Source: an uncultured delta proteobacterium
Lineage (GTDB): Bacteria > Myxococcota_A > Polyangia > Polyangiales > Polyangiaceae
Reading direction: 5' to 3'
Assembly (NCBI GenBank): GCA_963696385.1
Contig: CAVOKF010000007.1
Span: forward strand, 544,001 to 608,000
DNA: 64,000 nt
How positions within the stretch are numbered: position 1 is the first letter of the stretch; every line of letters starts with the position of its first letter. This document shows, piece after piece, positions 37,009-47,228 of this stretch. Below the pieces are notes generated by a model. The model was not told where the DNA came from, did not search any database, and saw only the letters and a program-made list of their open reading frames with translations. Both the position numbers and the translations under genes were made by a program.

Positions 37009-40000
37009 TCAACCTTTCAAACGTCCGACCGGGCTCGGGCGCAACAGGCGTTCGAGTTCATGGACGACGCCGGCCGTGCTGGCCCGCGCCTTGCTGTGCA
37101 CCGCCTGGGCGTCTTCGCTAAGCCGAGCCTTTTCGGCCGCCGTAAGATCCTTCGCCGTCCAGATGACGACCGGCACGTCCCGGCTTTGCGGCTGACTGCG
37201 AAACCGTTCCAGAAACTCGAAGCCACCCATCCGCGGCATCAGCAGATCCAAGACGATGGCCGCCGGCCTCCTCGCCTCCACCGCGATCAGTGCCGACGCG
37301 GCGTCCTGTTGGCAGTCGGTTGCGTAGCCCAGTGAGGTGAGCGTCGCCGCCATGAGTTCCAGGCTTGCTCGATCGTCATCGACGATGAGCACCGTGCCCG
37401 GTCGATGCCCGACAACCCCCGCCCGCGTCAGCGACGAGATCACCGCGGCTTCGTCCACAGGGCGGGGCTGCACGGGGTGGGTCGCCCCGCTTCCGACGGC
37501 GGCCCCGGCGCTCGCGGCCGTGATCAGGACGACCGGCACGTCCCGGCGATCGCCCGCCCCGCGGATCTCGCGGATGACCTCGAGGCCGCCCATGTCCGGC
37601 AACCGCAGGTTGAGCGCCACCGCGTCGAACTTCGCGTCTCGAAATTTGACGAGACCCTCGGCCCCCGTCGCGGTTGCATCGACGGCGTAGCCCGCGGCAA
37701 GCAGCGTGCGAACGAGCGAGGCCTGATCGCTCGGGTTGCTCTCCATCACGAGGACGACCGGCGGACTCGACGGCAACCCGAACCGAGCCGGCGGCACCGC
37801 CGGCAGAGCCAGCATCTGCGGATGACGCGGGAGAATCGCATGAAATACGCTTCCCTGTCCTACGACGCTGCTAACCCCGATGCGACCCCCTTGCGCTTCG
37901 ACGATCCTCTTGGTCAAACTCAAACCCAATCCGGTCCCGGAGTGTTTCTTGGTGAGCGTCGCGTCCAATTGCTGGAATTCCACGAATAACCGGCCCAAAT
38001 CCTGTTCTCGGATTCCCGGCCCCGTGTCTTCGACCTCGAGCCGAAAGGCCGCCGGCGCGTCGACGCCGACGCGCACATCGACGCGGCCGCCTTCGCTGGT
38101 GAACTTGATGGCATTGGAAAGGTAATTGTAGAGCACCTGCTTCAGCCGAGCGGGGTCGAGCACGACGTCGTTCAGTGCCACATCGACCTCCGCGTTCACG
38201 CGGAGCTTGCGATTGGATGCGTGCGTGCGCAACATCGTCACCACCTCGTTGACGAGTTGCGCGAGGTCGACCTTCTCCGGGTAAAACTCCATCTTGCCGG
38301 CCTCGACCTTGGAGAGATCGAGAATGTCATTCACGAGCTGCAGCAGGTGATGTCCGCTCACGAGGATATGCCCCATGAACTCCTTGAGCCGGGGCGAATT
38401 TCCGTCGACTCTGTCATCGCTGATGAGCTCGGCGAATCCGATGATGGCATTCAACGGCGTGCGCAGTTCATGGGACATGTTGGCGAGGAACTCGCTTTTC
38501 ATGCGGTTGGCCTGCTGTATCCGCTCTTCCATTTGCTTGCGGTCGGTGATGTCGCGGATGGCGGCCGTCACGAGCGTCCCCTCCGAGGTTTGGATTGGAC
38601 TGAGGCTTATCTCCGCCGCGAACTGCGTTCCGTCCTTGCGGAGCCCGAACAAGTCCGCGCCTTTGCCCATGGGCCGCAACCGCGGCTCGGCGAAGTATCC
38701 GCGACGGTGCGCAGGGTGCTGATCGCGGAACGGCTTCGGGACCAGCGTCTCGATCGGCTGACCGAGGAGCTCCTCGCGCCGAAAGCCGAACAAGGTCTCC
38801 GTTTGGGCGTTGACGAGGACAATTCGGCCTTCCCGATTCACGATGACCATGGCGTCGGGGGCCGATTCGAGGAGCCCGCGGAACTTGTCTTCGGCCTTTC
38901 TGCGCTCGGTGATGTCGCGGATGGCGCTCGATACGAGCGTTCCGTCTTCGGTCTCGAGAGGGCTCAAACTGATTCTCGATCGGGAATTCACTGCCGTCCT
39001 TGCGCAGGCCGTAGAGCTCGAGACCCGACCCCATCGAACGCACGTTGGGCTTCAGGAAGAAGCCGGTGCGGTACCCGGGGTGCCTGCCCCGAAATCGCTC
39101 CGGTACGAGCTTCTCGATCGCCGCGCCGAGAAGCTCCGTTCTTTCGTAGCCGAAGAGCGCTTCGGTCTGCGCGTTGACGAGCACGATGTTGCCCTCGCGG
39201 TTCACGATCACGATGGCGTCGGGGGCGGCCTCGAGCAGGCCTCGGAACTTTTCCTCCGCCCGTTTGCGCTCCGTGATGTCGCGAATGGCGGCCGTGACCA
39301 GCCTGCCGGCTTCGGTCTCCATCGGAGACAAGCTGATTTCCGCCGGGAACTCGGAGCCATCCTTGCGCAGCCCGAAGAGCTCGAGACCGGCACCCATCGG
39401 GCGCGTACGCGGATCCGAGAAGTAACCGCGGCGCCGATCGGGATGAACCGCGCGGAACCGCGCCGGCACGAGAACCTCGATCGGCTGGCCCAGTAGCTCG
39501 TCGCGCTGATAGCCAAATACCTTCTCGGTCTGCCCATTGACGAGCGCGATTCGTCCGTCGTCGCCGATGATGACCATCGCGTCCGGAGCGGCCTCCAGCA
39601 AACCCCGAAACCTCGACTCGACGGCACGCCTGTCGCGCAAGCTCTGCAGTTGGCTGCCGTCCTTTATGTTCGCGGCGATGAATCGAATGTGGCCCTGCGG
39701 GGTCCTGACCGCGCGCATCGAGACCTCGACGCTCACCGGCGATCCGTCTTTGCGCTGTCGGACCGTCTCGAAAAGCGCCCTTCCCCTCGTGAGCACGTGC
39801 CCCATCATCTCCCGCGCTTCGTCGAGTCGACCCGCGGGAAGCACCAAATCGTCGAGCGCGCGCCCCATCGCCTCCTCCGGCGTGTAGCCAAAGATGGCCT
39901 GAGCCCCCGGGCTCCAAAAAAGGACCTTGCCTTCCGTGGAGAGCGCCAGCAATGCATCGCGCGATTGCTGCACGAGCTCGTGCACGAAGGACGTCATGTC

Positions 40001-40024
40001 CACGCTGGGATTCTCGTCGGCCAT
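37009..40024 (-). CDS. Hybrid sensor kinase PAS4-HisKA-HATPase-REC-REC, frameshifted near 38973
   Basis: ATG at 40024. Four PAS/PAC domains, [24 protein letters not shown] and GTGLGL. An extra A in GAG-A-ATC-AGT breaks the EISLSP motif that is intact in the sister repeats. Confidence 0.88.
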
Positions 40025-40058
40025 GGGATTGTTCCGTTTGCTCTCGATCGCCCGAGAT

Positions 40059-42638
40059 TTACGCCGGCAGGCGCAGAACAAACGAGGTCGGCCACTCGGG
40101 TGTCTCCGTGACGGAAATGGTCCCTCCGAGCGCCTCGATCGCGCGCTTGCAGAAGTACAAGCCGAGGCCCGCGTTGCCCGTTGTCGTGCCCTTCTCGATC
40201 CGGGTGAACTTTTCGAAGATACGCAGCCTGTCGGACGCAGGGATGGCCGGCCCCGAATTGGAAATCGTGATCTCGACCGCGCCGTCCGACTGCGTCGCAA
40301 TGCCCATCCGCCCCTGCTCGGGCGTGTGCCTCAACGAGTTGTCGAGAATGTTCTGGATGACGCGTTGAAGGAGCGCGCGATCGCCCCGGACATGGGCGCT
40401 CGTGCGCGGTGGCTCCAGCAGATGGACCCTTCGCTCCGCTGCCTGTCGAACGTATTCGAAGAGAACCTCGCGCAGCAGGTCGGACAGACCGATGAGTTCG
40501 TTGTGAATGGGAAACTCCGAATCTTCCAGACGCGAGATGACGAGCAAGTCGTCGATCATCGAGCGGAGCCGCTGGCAGGCGCGCGCGGCATCGTCGAGCG
40601 CATCCTGCAGATCGAGGCTGTCGCTGGCCGCCTGTCGCGCGTACTCGAGGTTTGACCAAAGCGCTGCGAGAGGGCTCTTCAGATCGTGCACGACAAAGGC
40701 GGTCAAATCCCGCTGTTCGCGCTGCAGGCGTCCGAGCTCTTCATTGCGTGCCTCCAGCTGTTCGTTCAGCCGGCGAAGCACGTCCCTCGAGTCTTTCAAT
40801 TGCAGAAGGGTCGAGACGCGGATGCGCAGACCGCGCCCGTCAGCCGGCTTTTCGAGAAAATCGTCCGCACCCGCTTCGAGACCGCGGAGCTTATGTTCGC
40901 GTTCGGAATGGGCGGTGAGAACGATGACCGGAACGTGGTCGGCTCCGCTTTCCGCGCGGATGTGCTTCAGCACCTCGAGACCATCCAGACCGGGCATCAC
41001 CAGGTCCAGGAGGACCAGGTCGGGCTTGAACTGAGTGTAGGCGGCGAGCGCGGAGAGTCCGTCGTCCGCCATGACGAGCTCATGGCCAAGAGGGGCGAGC
41101 AGCGCTTCGAGCAGCGCCAGGTTGGGCGACTGGTCGTCCACCAGCAGGATGCGCTTGGGAGCCATCTTCTCCGGCGGCCCGTTGGCGGGCCGGGAAGAGA
41201 AGGAGACGGCAGCGAGCTCAGACGGCGAAGCGCGTACCGGCGGCACGGCTCGCGGGCGCGCCGAAACCGCGGATGGCGGCGGTCCGGGCCTCGAAGCCGC
41301 TGGCGGCGGCACGACGGAAACGTTGCGAGCCCGGCGGGCGCTTCGAGCCAACTTGTCTTCGTACATGCGCCGATCCGCCTGCTCGACGAGGGCCTCGAGC
41401 GACAACGAATCCTCCGTACTGCACCGACTCATTCCGACGCTGATCGAGATCCGGTAGGGCCGCTCGGAGCCTGTGTTGAATTGCATGACCGCTGCGCACA
41501 GGCGCTCACGAAGCACGTCGGCGTGCTCGCCCGCATCCGGCGCAAGGACGACGAATTCATCGCCGCCCAGGCGGCCCACGATGTCGGACGTGCGAAAGCA
41601 CCCCCGCAGCACCCAGGTGACGTCCATGAGCATGCGATCGCCTTCCGCATGGCCGAGGGAATCATTGATGCTCTTCATGCCGTTGAGATCGATGAAAAAG
41701 ACCGCCGGCTGCCGCCCCGACCCCCGAGCCACGTCGAACGCCTTTTGCGCGACCTGCAAGAAACCCCGCCGGTTGTACGCGCCCGTCAGGGGGTCGGTCT
41801 CCGACTGTTCTCGGAGCTCCGAGCGGGCGGCGAGCAGATCGGTGACATCTCGCCCCACCGCCACGGCTCCGCAGACGAGGTCGTTGGCGTCGCGCTGCGG
41901 CGCGGCGTTGACGCTGTACAGGCGCCCTTCGGGATCGTGGACGGACCGAACGAACACCTCCACGTCGCGAACGATCTCGCCCGCGAGCGCGCGCGCGAAG
42001 GGAAGATCCTCGGTCCGGAACGGCGTTTCACCGTCGAGCTCGTACATCCCGTGGCCGTGGGTCGGCGGCGGCGACTGCGCACCGCCGATGGCGTCACCGA
42101 ACGCACGACGGCCCGGTTCGTTGGCGAGCACGATGTTGCCCTGCGCGTCGACCGCCGCGATGGCGTCCGACATCCCGCTCAGTACTCCGGCCATCAGCGA
42201 TCGCTGCTGGCTGACCTCTTGCTCGAGTGCGTGTCTCTGCAAGGCGACCTCGACGGCGGCCCGCAACTCGCGGTCTCCGTAGGGCTTGAGGACGTAACCG
42301 TGCGGTTGCGCTTCTTCTTGGGCCCGCATCAGCGTCGCATCGTCGGCCTGCGCCGCGAGAAAGACAACGGGGGTCGGATGCCGCGCGCGAATGGCCGCAG
42401 CCGCAAAAATGCCGTCGTCTTGCTCCTGCAGATGCACGTCCATCAAGACGAGGTCGGGTTGGTAGATCTCGACCGCGAGGAGCGCGTCCGCAGCGGACTC
42501 GGCGGCCGGAGGTACGCTGTACCCAAAACGCAGCAGCGCGGACCGTACGTCGCCGGCGATGAGCGCGTCGCGCTCGACGACGAGGATCGATCGTGGAGGT
42601 CGCGAATCGCGTGACCTCCCATTCAACTCGTCTTGCAT
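40059..42638 (-). CDS. REC-PAS-GGDEF-REC-HisKA-HATPase fusion protein
   Basis: [10 protein letters not shown], a PAS-like domain, DPLTG.YNRR, RTSD I-site with [33 protein letters not shown] and GLGL. Confidence 0.9.
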   Translation of the reverse strand: MQDELNGRSRDSRPPRSILVVERDALIAGDVRSALLRFGYSVPPAAESAADALLAVEIYQPDLVLMDVHLQEQDDGIFAAAAIRARHPTPVVFLAAQADDATLMRAQEEAQPHGYVLKPYGDRELRAAVEVALQRHALEQEVSQQRSLMAGVLSGMSDAIAAVDAQGNIVLANEPGRRAFGDAIGGAQSPPPTHGHGMYELDGETPFRTEDLPFARALAGEIVRDVEVFVRSVHDPEGRLYSVNAAPQRDANDLVCGAVAVGRDVTDLLAARSELREQSETDPLTGAYNRRGFLQVAQKAFDVARGSGRQPAVFFIDLNGMKSINDSLGHAEGDRMLMDVTWVLRGCFRTSDIVGRLGGDEFVVLAPDAGEHADVLRERLCAAVMQFNTGSERPYRISISVGMSRCSTEDSLSLEALVEQADRRMYEDKLARSARRARNVSVVPPPAASRPGPPPSAVSARPRAVPPVRASPSELAAVSFSSRPANGPPEKMAPKRILLVDDQSPNLALLEALLAPLGHELVMADDGLSALAAYTQFKPDLVLLDLVMPGLDGLEVLKHIRAESGADHVPVIVLTAHSEREHKLRGLEAGADDFLEKPADGRGLRIRVSTLLQLKDSRDVLRRLNEQLEARNEELGRLQREQRDLTAFVVHDLKSPLAALWSNLEYARQAASDSLDLQDALDDAARACQRLRSMIDDLLVISRLEDSEFPIHNELIGLSDLLREVLFEYVRQAAERRVHLLEPPRTSAHVRGDRALLQRVIQNILDNSLRHTPEQGRMGIATQSDGAVEITISNSGPAIPASDRLRIFEKFTRIEKGTTTGNAGLGLYFCKRAIEALGGTISVTETPEWPTSFVLRLPA

Positions 42639-43163
42639 GATTCCCCCGGATCCTTCACTTCGGGTGCCATCCACCTAGCCCTTGCAGCGCGTGCCCGAGG
42701 GCACAGGCGGAGCGAGCACCAAGAGCGCACAAGCCTCCAACGCCCGACCGAAGCATACAAGCCCCTGGATCTGTGATTCGGTCTAGCGAAATGCGTGGAG
42801 CGATGGGCAAGCGACCTCCAGCGCCCGATCCGGCGTCCGCGCGAGGTCCGTCTTTTGGACCGAAAGGACTTGGCTGACCGCGTCTGGCTCTTGACGTAAC
42901 CCGGCCGAAACCCCTTTCGTTTCGCCGACAAGCTCCAAAGCGACGGGAAGGCGGGGCTCATCGCTTTTGACTACCGCCCTGTGGCGGATGTTAACGATGC
43001 GCCGGGCTCGGCCATCCAGCGCTCTTGGGGGTGGAGGTACGACGATGGGCGCGGGAGCACCGGTGGCACGATGGGCCTCTGCTATTCAAGGTCGCTTCGC
43101 GGGTGCCGAACTGGAGTACCTTGCGGACCCATGGAGTTTGGCTCGGTGGCAACGTCCCATTTG

Positions 43164-44594
43164 ATGCGATGCCCCCTGTGCGGCGGGGACGTTCTCTTTG
43201 CCGCGCAGTACGTCACGCAATCGACCGTTCGAGCGCCAGCTTTGAGATGCGCGCGATGCGAAGCCCTTCACTTGGACGAGGCGATCGCTCGTTCCGCCGA
43301 CGAACGCGAGTCGGTCCGCATGGCCAAAGCGGAGCGGGCGGCGATGTCCGCAACGAATTCCGAGATTTCAGCGGCCTCGCCGAATTTCCAGAGCAACCCC
43401 TTTCCCTCGGCTTCTTTCGAGACCCTGGCCGACCGCGTGGGCCAGCCCGGCGGCAGGGTGTTGCTGGTGGACGACGAGCAAGCCGTGCGGGCGGTCCATC
43501 AGCAGGTCCTCGCACGCGCGGGCTGGACGGTCATCGCCGAAGGGGACGCGCTCGTCGCGAGACAGCGGGTGGCGCTCGAGAGCTTCGACGTGATCGTGAC
43601 GGATTTGATCATGCCCGGGATGAGCGGCCTCGACCTTCTTCGCGCTGCGCGCGAGTACGATCTCGACGTGCCCGTGGTCATCCTCACCGGGCGTCCGGAC
43701 GTGCAGTCCGCGATGGAGGCCGTGCAGTACGGTGCGTTTCGATACGTCGACAAACCCGTCCTGCCCGCCACGCTGCTCGATGTCGTCGGGCGCGCCCGGG
43801 ATCTCCACATGATGGCTCGGTTCAAGCGCGAGGCTCTGTCGGTGCTCGAGCTTCCGAATCGAGCTCTTGGAGATCGCGCGGGCCTCGAAACGAGGCTGTC
43901 GAGTGCCCTCGACTCGCTGTGGGTCGCCTATCAGCCCATCGTCGCGTTCGGACGCCGCCGGGTCGTCGCGTACGAAGCGCTCGTACGCAACGAAGAGCCG
44001 ACGCTGCGCAGTCCGCTGGATCTGTTCGACGCGGCGGCGCGCCTCGGACGTTTGCACGACGTCGCCCGAAGGATACGGGCGCGGATCGCCGCCGACGCGA
44101 GGGGGCTACCCGACTCCTCGCTCCTCTTCGTCAACGTTCACCCCGAAGATTTGAATGACTTCGACTTGTCTTCCCCCGCGTCGCCCCTCAGCGCGATCGC
44201 GACCCGGGTGGTTCTCGAGCTCACCGAGCGGGCTTCGTTGGACGGTGTGGCGGGGCTCCAGAGCCGCATTGGCAAGCTTCGGGAGCTTGGCTTTCGGGTC
44301 GCGATCGACGACCTCGGCGCAGGCTACGCCGGCCTTTCGAGTTTCACTCTGTTGCAACCCGATTATGTGAAACTCGACGCCTCGTTGATCCGATCCATCG
44401 ACACGTCGCACCAAAAGCGCAGCATCGTTCGGGCCATGATGCAGCTTGCGGCCGGCGATTTGAATTTGCCGGTCATCTCGGAAGGCGTCGAGACGCCCGA
44501 GGAGCGCGATACCCTCGTGGCACTCGGCGGCGATCTGCTGCAGGGCTACCTGTTCGCCCGTCCGAGCCGCGGATTCGTCGACCCGGCGTGGTAG
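43164..44594 (+). CDS. Zinc-ribbon-REC-EAL c-di-GMP phosphodiesterase
   Basis: CPLC..CARC, then VLLVDDE..TDLIMP..KP, then YQPI, YEALVR, ELTE, DDLGAG, KLD, EGVE and QGY. The start is uncertain. Confidence 0.88.
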   Translation: MRCPLCGGDVLFAAQYVTQSTVRAPALRCARCEALHLDEAIARSADERESVRMAKAERAAMSATNSEISAASPNFQSNPFPSASFETLADRVGQPGGRVLLVDDEQAVRAVHQQVLARAGWTVIAEGDALVARQRVALESFDVIVTDLIMPGMSGLDLLRAAREYDLDVPVVILTGRPDVQSAMEAVQYGAFRYVDKPVLPATLLDVVGRARDLHMMARFKREALSVLELPNRALGDRAGLETRLSSALDSLWVAYQPIVAFGRRRVVAYEALVRNEEPTLRSPLDLFDAAARLGRLHDVARRIRARIAADARGLPDSSLLFVNVHPEDLNDFDLSSPASPLSAIATRVVLELTERASLDGVAGLQSRIGKLRELGFRVAIDDLGAGYAGLSSFTLLQPDYVKLDASLIRSIDTSHQKRSIVRAMMQLAAGDLNLPVISEGVETPEERDTLVALGGDLLQGYLFARPSRGFVDPAW

Positions 44595-44651
44595 GCGACG
44601 TGCTGGGCAAGCGTCGCGTCACCGGGACCCGGGAGGCAACGAGCGCGCGGG

Positions 44652-45296
44652 TTACCGCTCGGCCGACGTCAAGCCCTCGCGGATCGCATACTTGGTGAGG
44701 TCCGCGATGGTCCGCAGGTTGAGCTTATCCATGATTTGACGTCGATGGCTGTCGACGGTCGACACGGCGATGTGGAGGACGGCGGCGATCTGCTTGGATG
44801 ACTTGCCGTCGGCGATGAGTCGGACGACCTCGCGCTCCCGAACGCTCAGCGGCTTTTCCGATCCGGAGGAGGCGACCGCCCTGCCGTGCAGCGCATGGTC
44901 AACCACAGCTGCCGCGACCGCCGGGCTGAGGTACGTTTCGCCGCGACTGACGGCGCCCAAGGCGGTGAGGAGCTCGGCTGCGGCTGCGTCCTTGAGCAGA
45001 TACCCAGTAGCCCCCGCTTCCAACATGGCCATCACGTAGGACCGATCCGAGTTCATGCTCAACGCGACGACCTGGGTCGCGGGCATCTTTGCTTTGAGCC
45101 GGCGCGTGGCTTCGATGCCGTTGAGCTTGGGCAACGCAATGTCGATGACCACGACATCCGGCTGCGACCGCTCCGCCTCCGCGACGGCCGCATCGCCGTC
45201 GCCCGCTTCTCCGACCACCTGGACTCCAGCCGCCGTAAGCACGGCGCGAAGCCCGTCTCTCAGGATTCTTTGATCGTCAGCCAGCACGACCTTCAC
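44652..45296 (-). CDS. NarL/LuxR-family response regulator
   Basis: VVLADDQ, VIDIALP, GYLLK and LS.REREV..LIA.G.SSK.IA..L......V..HR..IM.KL. Confidence 0.93.
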   Translation of the reverse strand: MKVVLADDQRILRDGLRAVLTAAGVQVVGEAGDGDAAVAEAERSQPDVVVIDIALPKLNGIEATRRLKAKMPATQVVALSMNSDRSYVMAMLEAGATGYLLKDAAAAELLTALGAVSRGETYLSPAVAAAVVDHALHGRAVASSGSEKPLSVREREVVRLIADGKSSKQIAAVLHIAVSTVDSHRRQIMDKLNLRTIADLTKYAIREGLTSAER

Positions 45297-45609
45297 GGCG
45301 CCCCCGGCTCGTCGTGTCCATCGTTCGTGTCGCTGCGCTGCACCATGGCCGCTTGACCCCCGCTTGCGCGCAAATGTATGCCGTCAATGCGACCTGCGGC
45401 AATTCGGCGCAGCGGCACGGCCCCTGAGGTGCGCCGACTCGCCCGGTCGAGTCCGCTGGCCGCCCAGCGTGGGCCTCCGTTGGCGACGGCGGAGAGAAGC
45501 TCGAAATCCGCATGCTCAGCGGTTTCGGCCCTCTCCGATGGCGGCGTCGATGCGGCGATTGTCGATGGAGGTGCCGACGACCCGCCATGGTTCGCTCAAC
45601 TGGGAGGAC

Positions 45610-46002
45610 TCAAGGAGAACTGCGATGGACCGTGCGCAGGTGCGCACGCAGGGCCTCCGGATCATGGGAGATGAGCTCGGTGTCCAGGACGCCGCCGCTC
45701 ATCGATGTACGGCGGTGCTGCATGGCGACGGTGGCGCCCGCGACCAGTACCGCGCTACCCCGAAAGTTGGGCTGCTGGTTGCTGTACCGCTTGGATTCTT
45801 CAAGGACGTCCGCAACTTCAGGTCGCAACGGCGACAGGTCCGAAATGTCGACCCAAACTCGGTAGTCTTGCCCTCGATAGCCGTCGACGGCTCGATTGTG
45901 AGCCTCCACGAAGGCCTTCACCTCGTTTAGCGTCAGCGCGCCCGAAAGCTTCAGGTGGAGGATGCCGGGCTCCGCATCCGCATCCACACGCCACATGCCC
46001 AT
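45610..46002 (-). CDS. Hypothetical protein with a STAS/SpoIIAA-like fold
   Basis: GGGAG RBS. The pattern ILHLKLSG.LT..E...F.....YRVWVDISDL fits an alpha/beta STAS-like fold. Confidence 0.7.
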   Translation of the reverse strand: MGMWRVDADAEPGILHLKLSGALTLNEVKAFVEAHNRAVDGYRGQDYRVWVDISDLSPLRPEVADVLEESKRYSNQQPNFRGSAVLVAGATVAMQHRRTSMSGGVLDTELISHDPEALRAHLRTVHRSSP

Positions 46003-46035
46003 GGTCTCCCATTCTAACACGAAAAGCTGCCGGCT

Positions 46036-46062
46036 GACCCCAACCCCGACCCCGACCCCGAC
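46036..46062 (-). repeat. Short GGGGTC array, copy 4
   Basis: gacccc aacccc gacccc gacccc gac in a divergent intergenic gap. Confidence 0.8.
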
Positions 46063-46172
46063 TTCCGGCCAAGCGGAAGTCGAAGGCGCGCGAACCGGAC
46101 ACTGCGGTAAGCTCGGGTCGTCCGCGTGTTCAGCCGGACGTGTTACCGACAAGCCGACGGAGAGGACCGCCC

Positions 46173-47156
46173 GTGAACATCGCTCAATCGTGGAAGATCG
46201 GCGGCGTGATCGCCACGATCGCGTCGGTTGTCATGGCGAGCGCGGGCTGCGATCGGGGCGGCGCCGGGCCATCCCACGGGGTGAAGCTCGCGTTCGTGAC
46301 CAACAATGCGAGCGAGTTCTGGAAGATCGCCGCAGCGGGCGTGCGCAAGTACGAGGGCGAGCACAAGGTCCAGGTCGACGTGCGAATGCCATCCACCGGC
46401 ACCCCGGAAGAGCAAAATCAGATTCTCGAAAATCTCGCGAGCCAGGGGTATGACGGGATCGCGGTCAGTGCGATTGCGCCCGACGACCAGGTCCCCGTGC
46501 TCAACAGGGTGGCCGCGAAGACCAAGCTCATCACGTTCGACTCGGATGCGCCCAAGTCCGCCCGGTTGCTCTACATCGGCACGAACAACTACGAGGCGGG
46601 CAAGGTGCTGGGCGCCGAGATCGTCAAGCTCGTTCCGAACGGCGGAAAGATGGCGGTTTTCGTGGGGACCTTATCGGCAGACAACGCCACCCAGCGTCTG
46701 AAAGGGATCCGAGACGCCATTGCCGGCCACCGCATCGAGATTGTCGACAAGCGCGAAGACAACACCGACCGGGCCAAGGCGCGATCGAATGTCGAAGATA
46801 TCATCAATGCGCACAGCGACTTGAATCTCGTCGCGGGACTTTGGTCCTACAACGGCCCGGCCATCGCAGCGGCCCTCGAAGCTCTGGGCAAAAAAGGCAC
46901 GATTCTTGCCGCGGTGTTCGACGAGGAGGAGGGAACGCTCAACGCGATTGCCAACGGCACGATTCAGGTGACGGTCGTGCAGAAGCCTTTTCAATTCGGA
47001 TTTCTATCGAGCCAGTGGCTTTTCGACCTGGCCACCGGTGGACAGGCTGCCAAGGCCGCCCTTGCGTCGAGCGGCTTCGTCGACACCGGCGTGGAAGTCA
47101 TCACCCAGGCGAACGTCGCGCGATTCAAGCAGCAGCTCGCCGAATTGAAGAAATGA
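46173..47156 (+). CDS. Sugar ABC transporter substrate-binding lipoprotein (RbsB-like)
   Basis: GTG at 46173 with a GAGG RBS, lipobox SAGC, and motifs AFVTNN.S.FW, ITFDSDAP, YIGTNNY.AG and VVQKPF.FG. Confidence 0.9.
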   Translation: MNIAQSWKIGGVIATIASVVMASAGCDRGGAGPSHGVKLAFVTNNASEFWKIAAAGVRKYEGEHKVQVDVRMPSTGTPEEQNQILENLASQGYDGIAVSAIAPDDQVPVLNRVAAKTKLITFDSDAPKSARLLYIGTNNYEAGKVLGAEIVKLVPNGGKMAVFVGTLSADNATQRLKGIRDAIAGHRIEIVDKREDNTDRAKARSNVEDIINAHSDLNLVAGLWSYNGPAIAAALEALGKKGTILAAVFDEEEGTLNAIANGTIQVTVVQKPFQFGFLSSQWLFDLATGGQAAKAALASSGFVDTGVEVITQANVARFKQQLAELKK

Positions 47157-47228
47157 TTTCGAAGGCGGCCACGAGGCAAGACGTCGGATGGGCGTGTCGC
47201 GCCGGATGTTGCGAATCTCTCCGGGGTC

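Noticed and set aside
42840..42960. Possible c-di-GMP riboswitch between the GGDEF and EAL genes
   Set aside because: GAAA-containing hairpins are present, but I could not match the GEMM consensus. An Infernal search would be needed.
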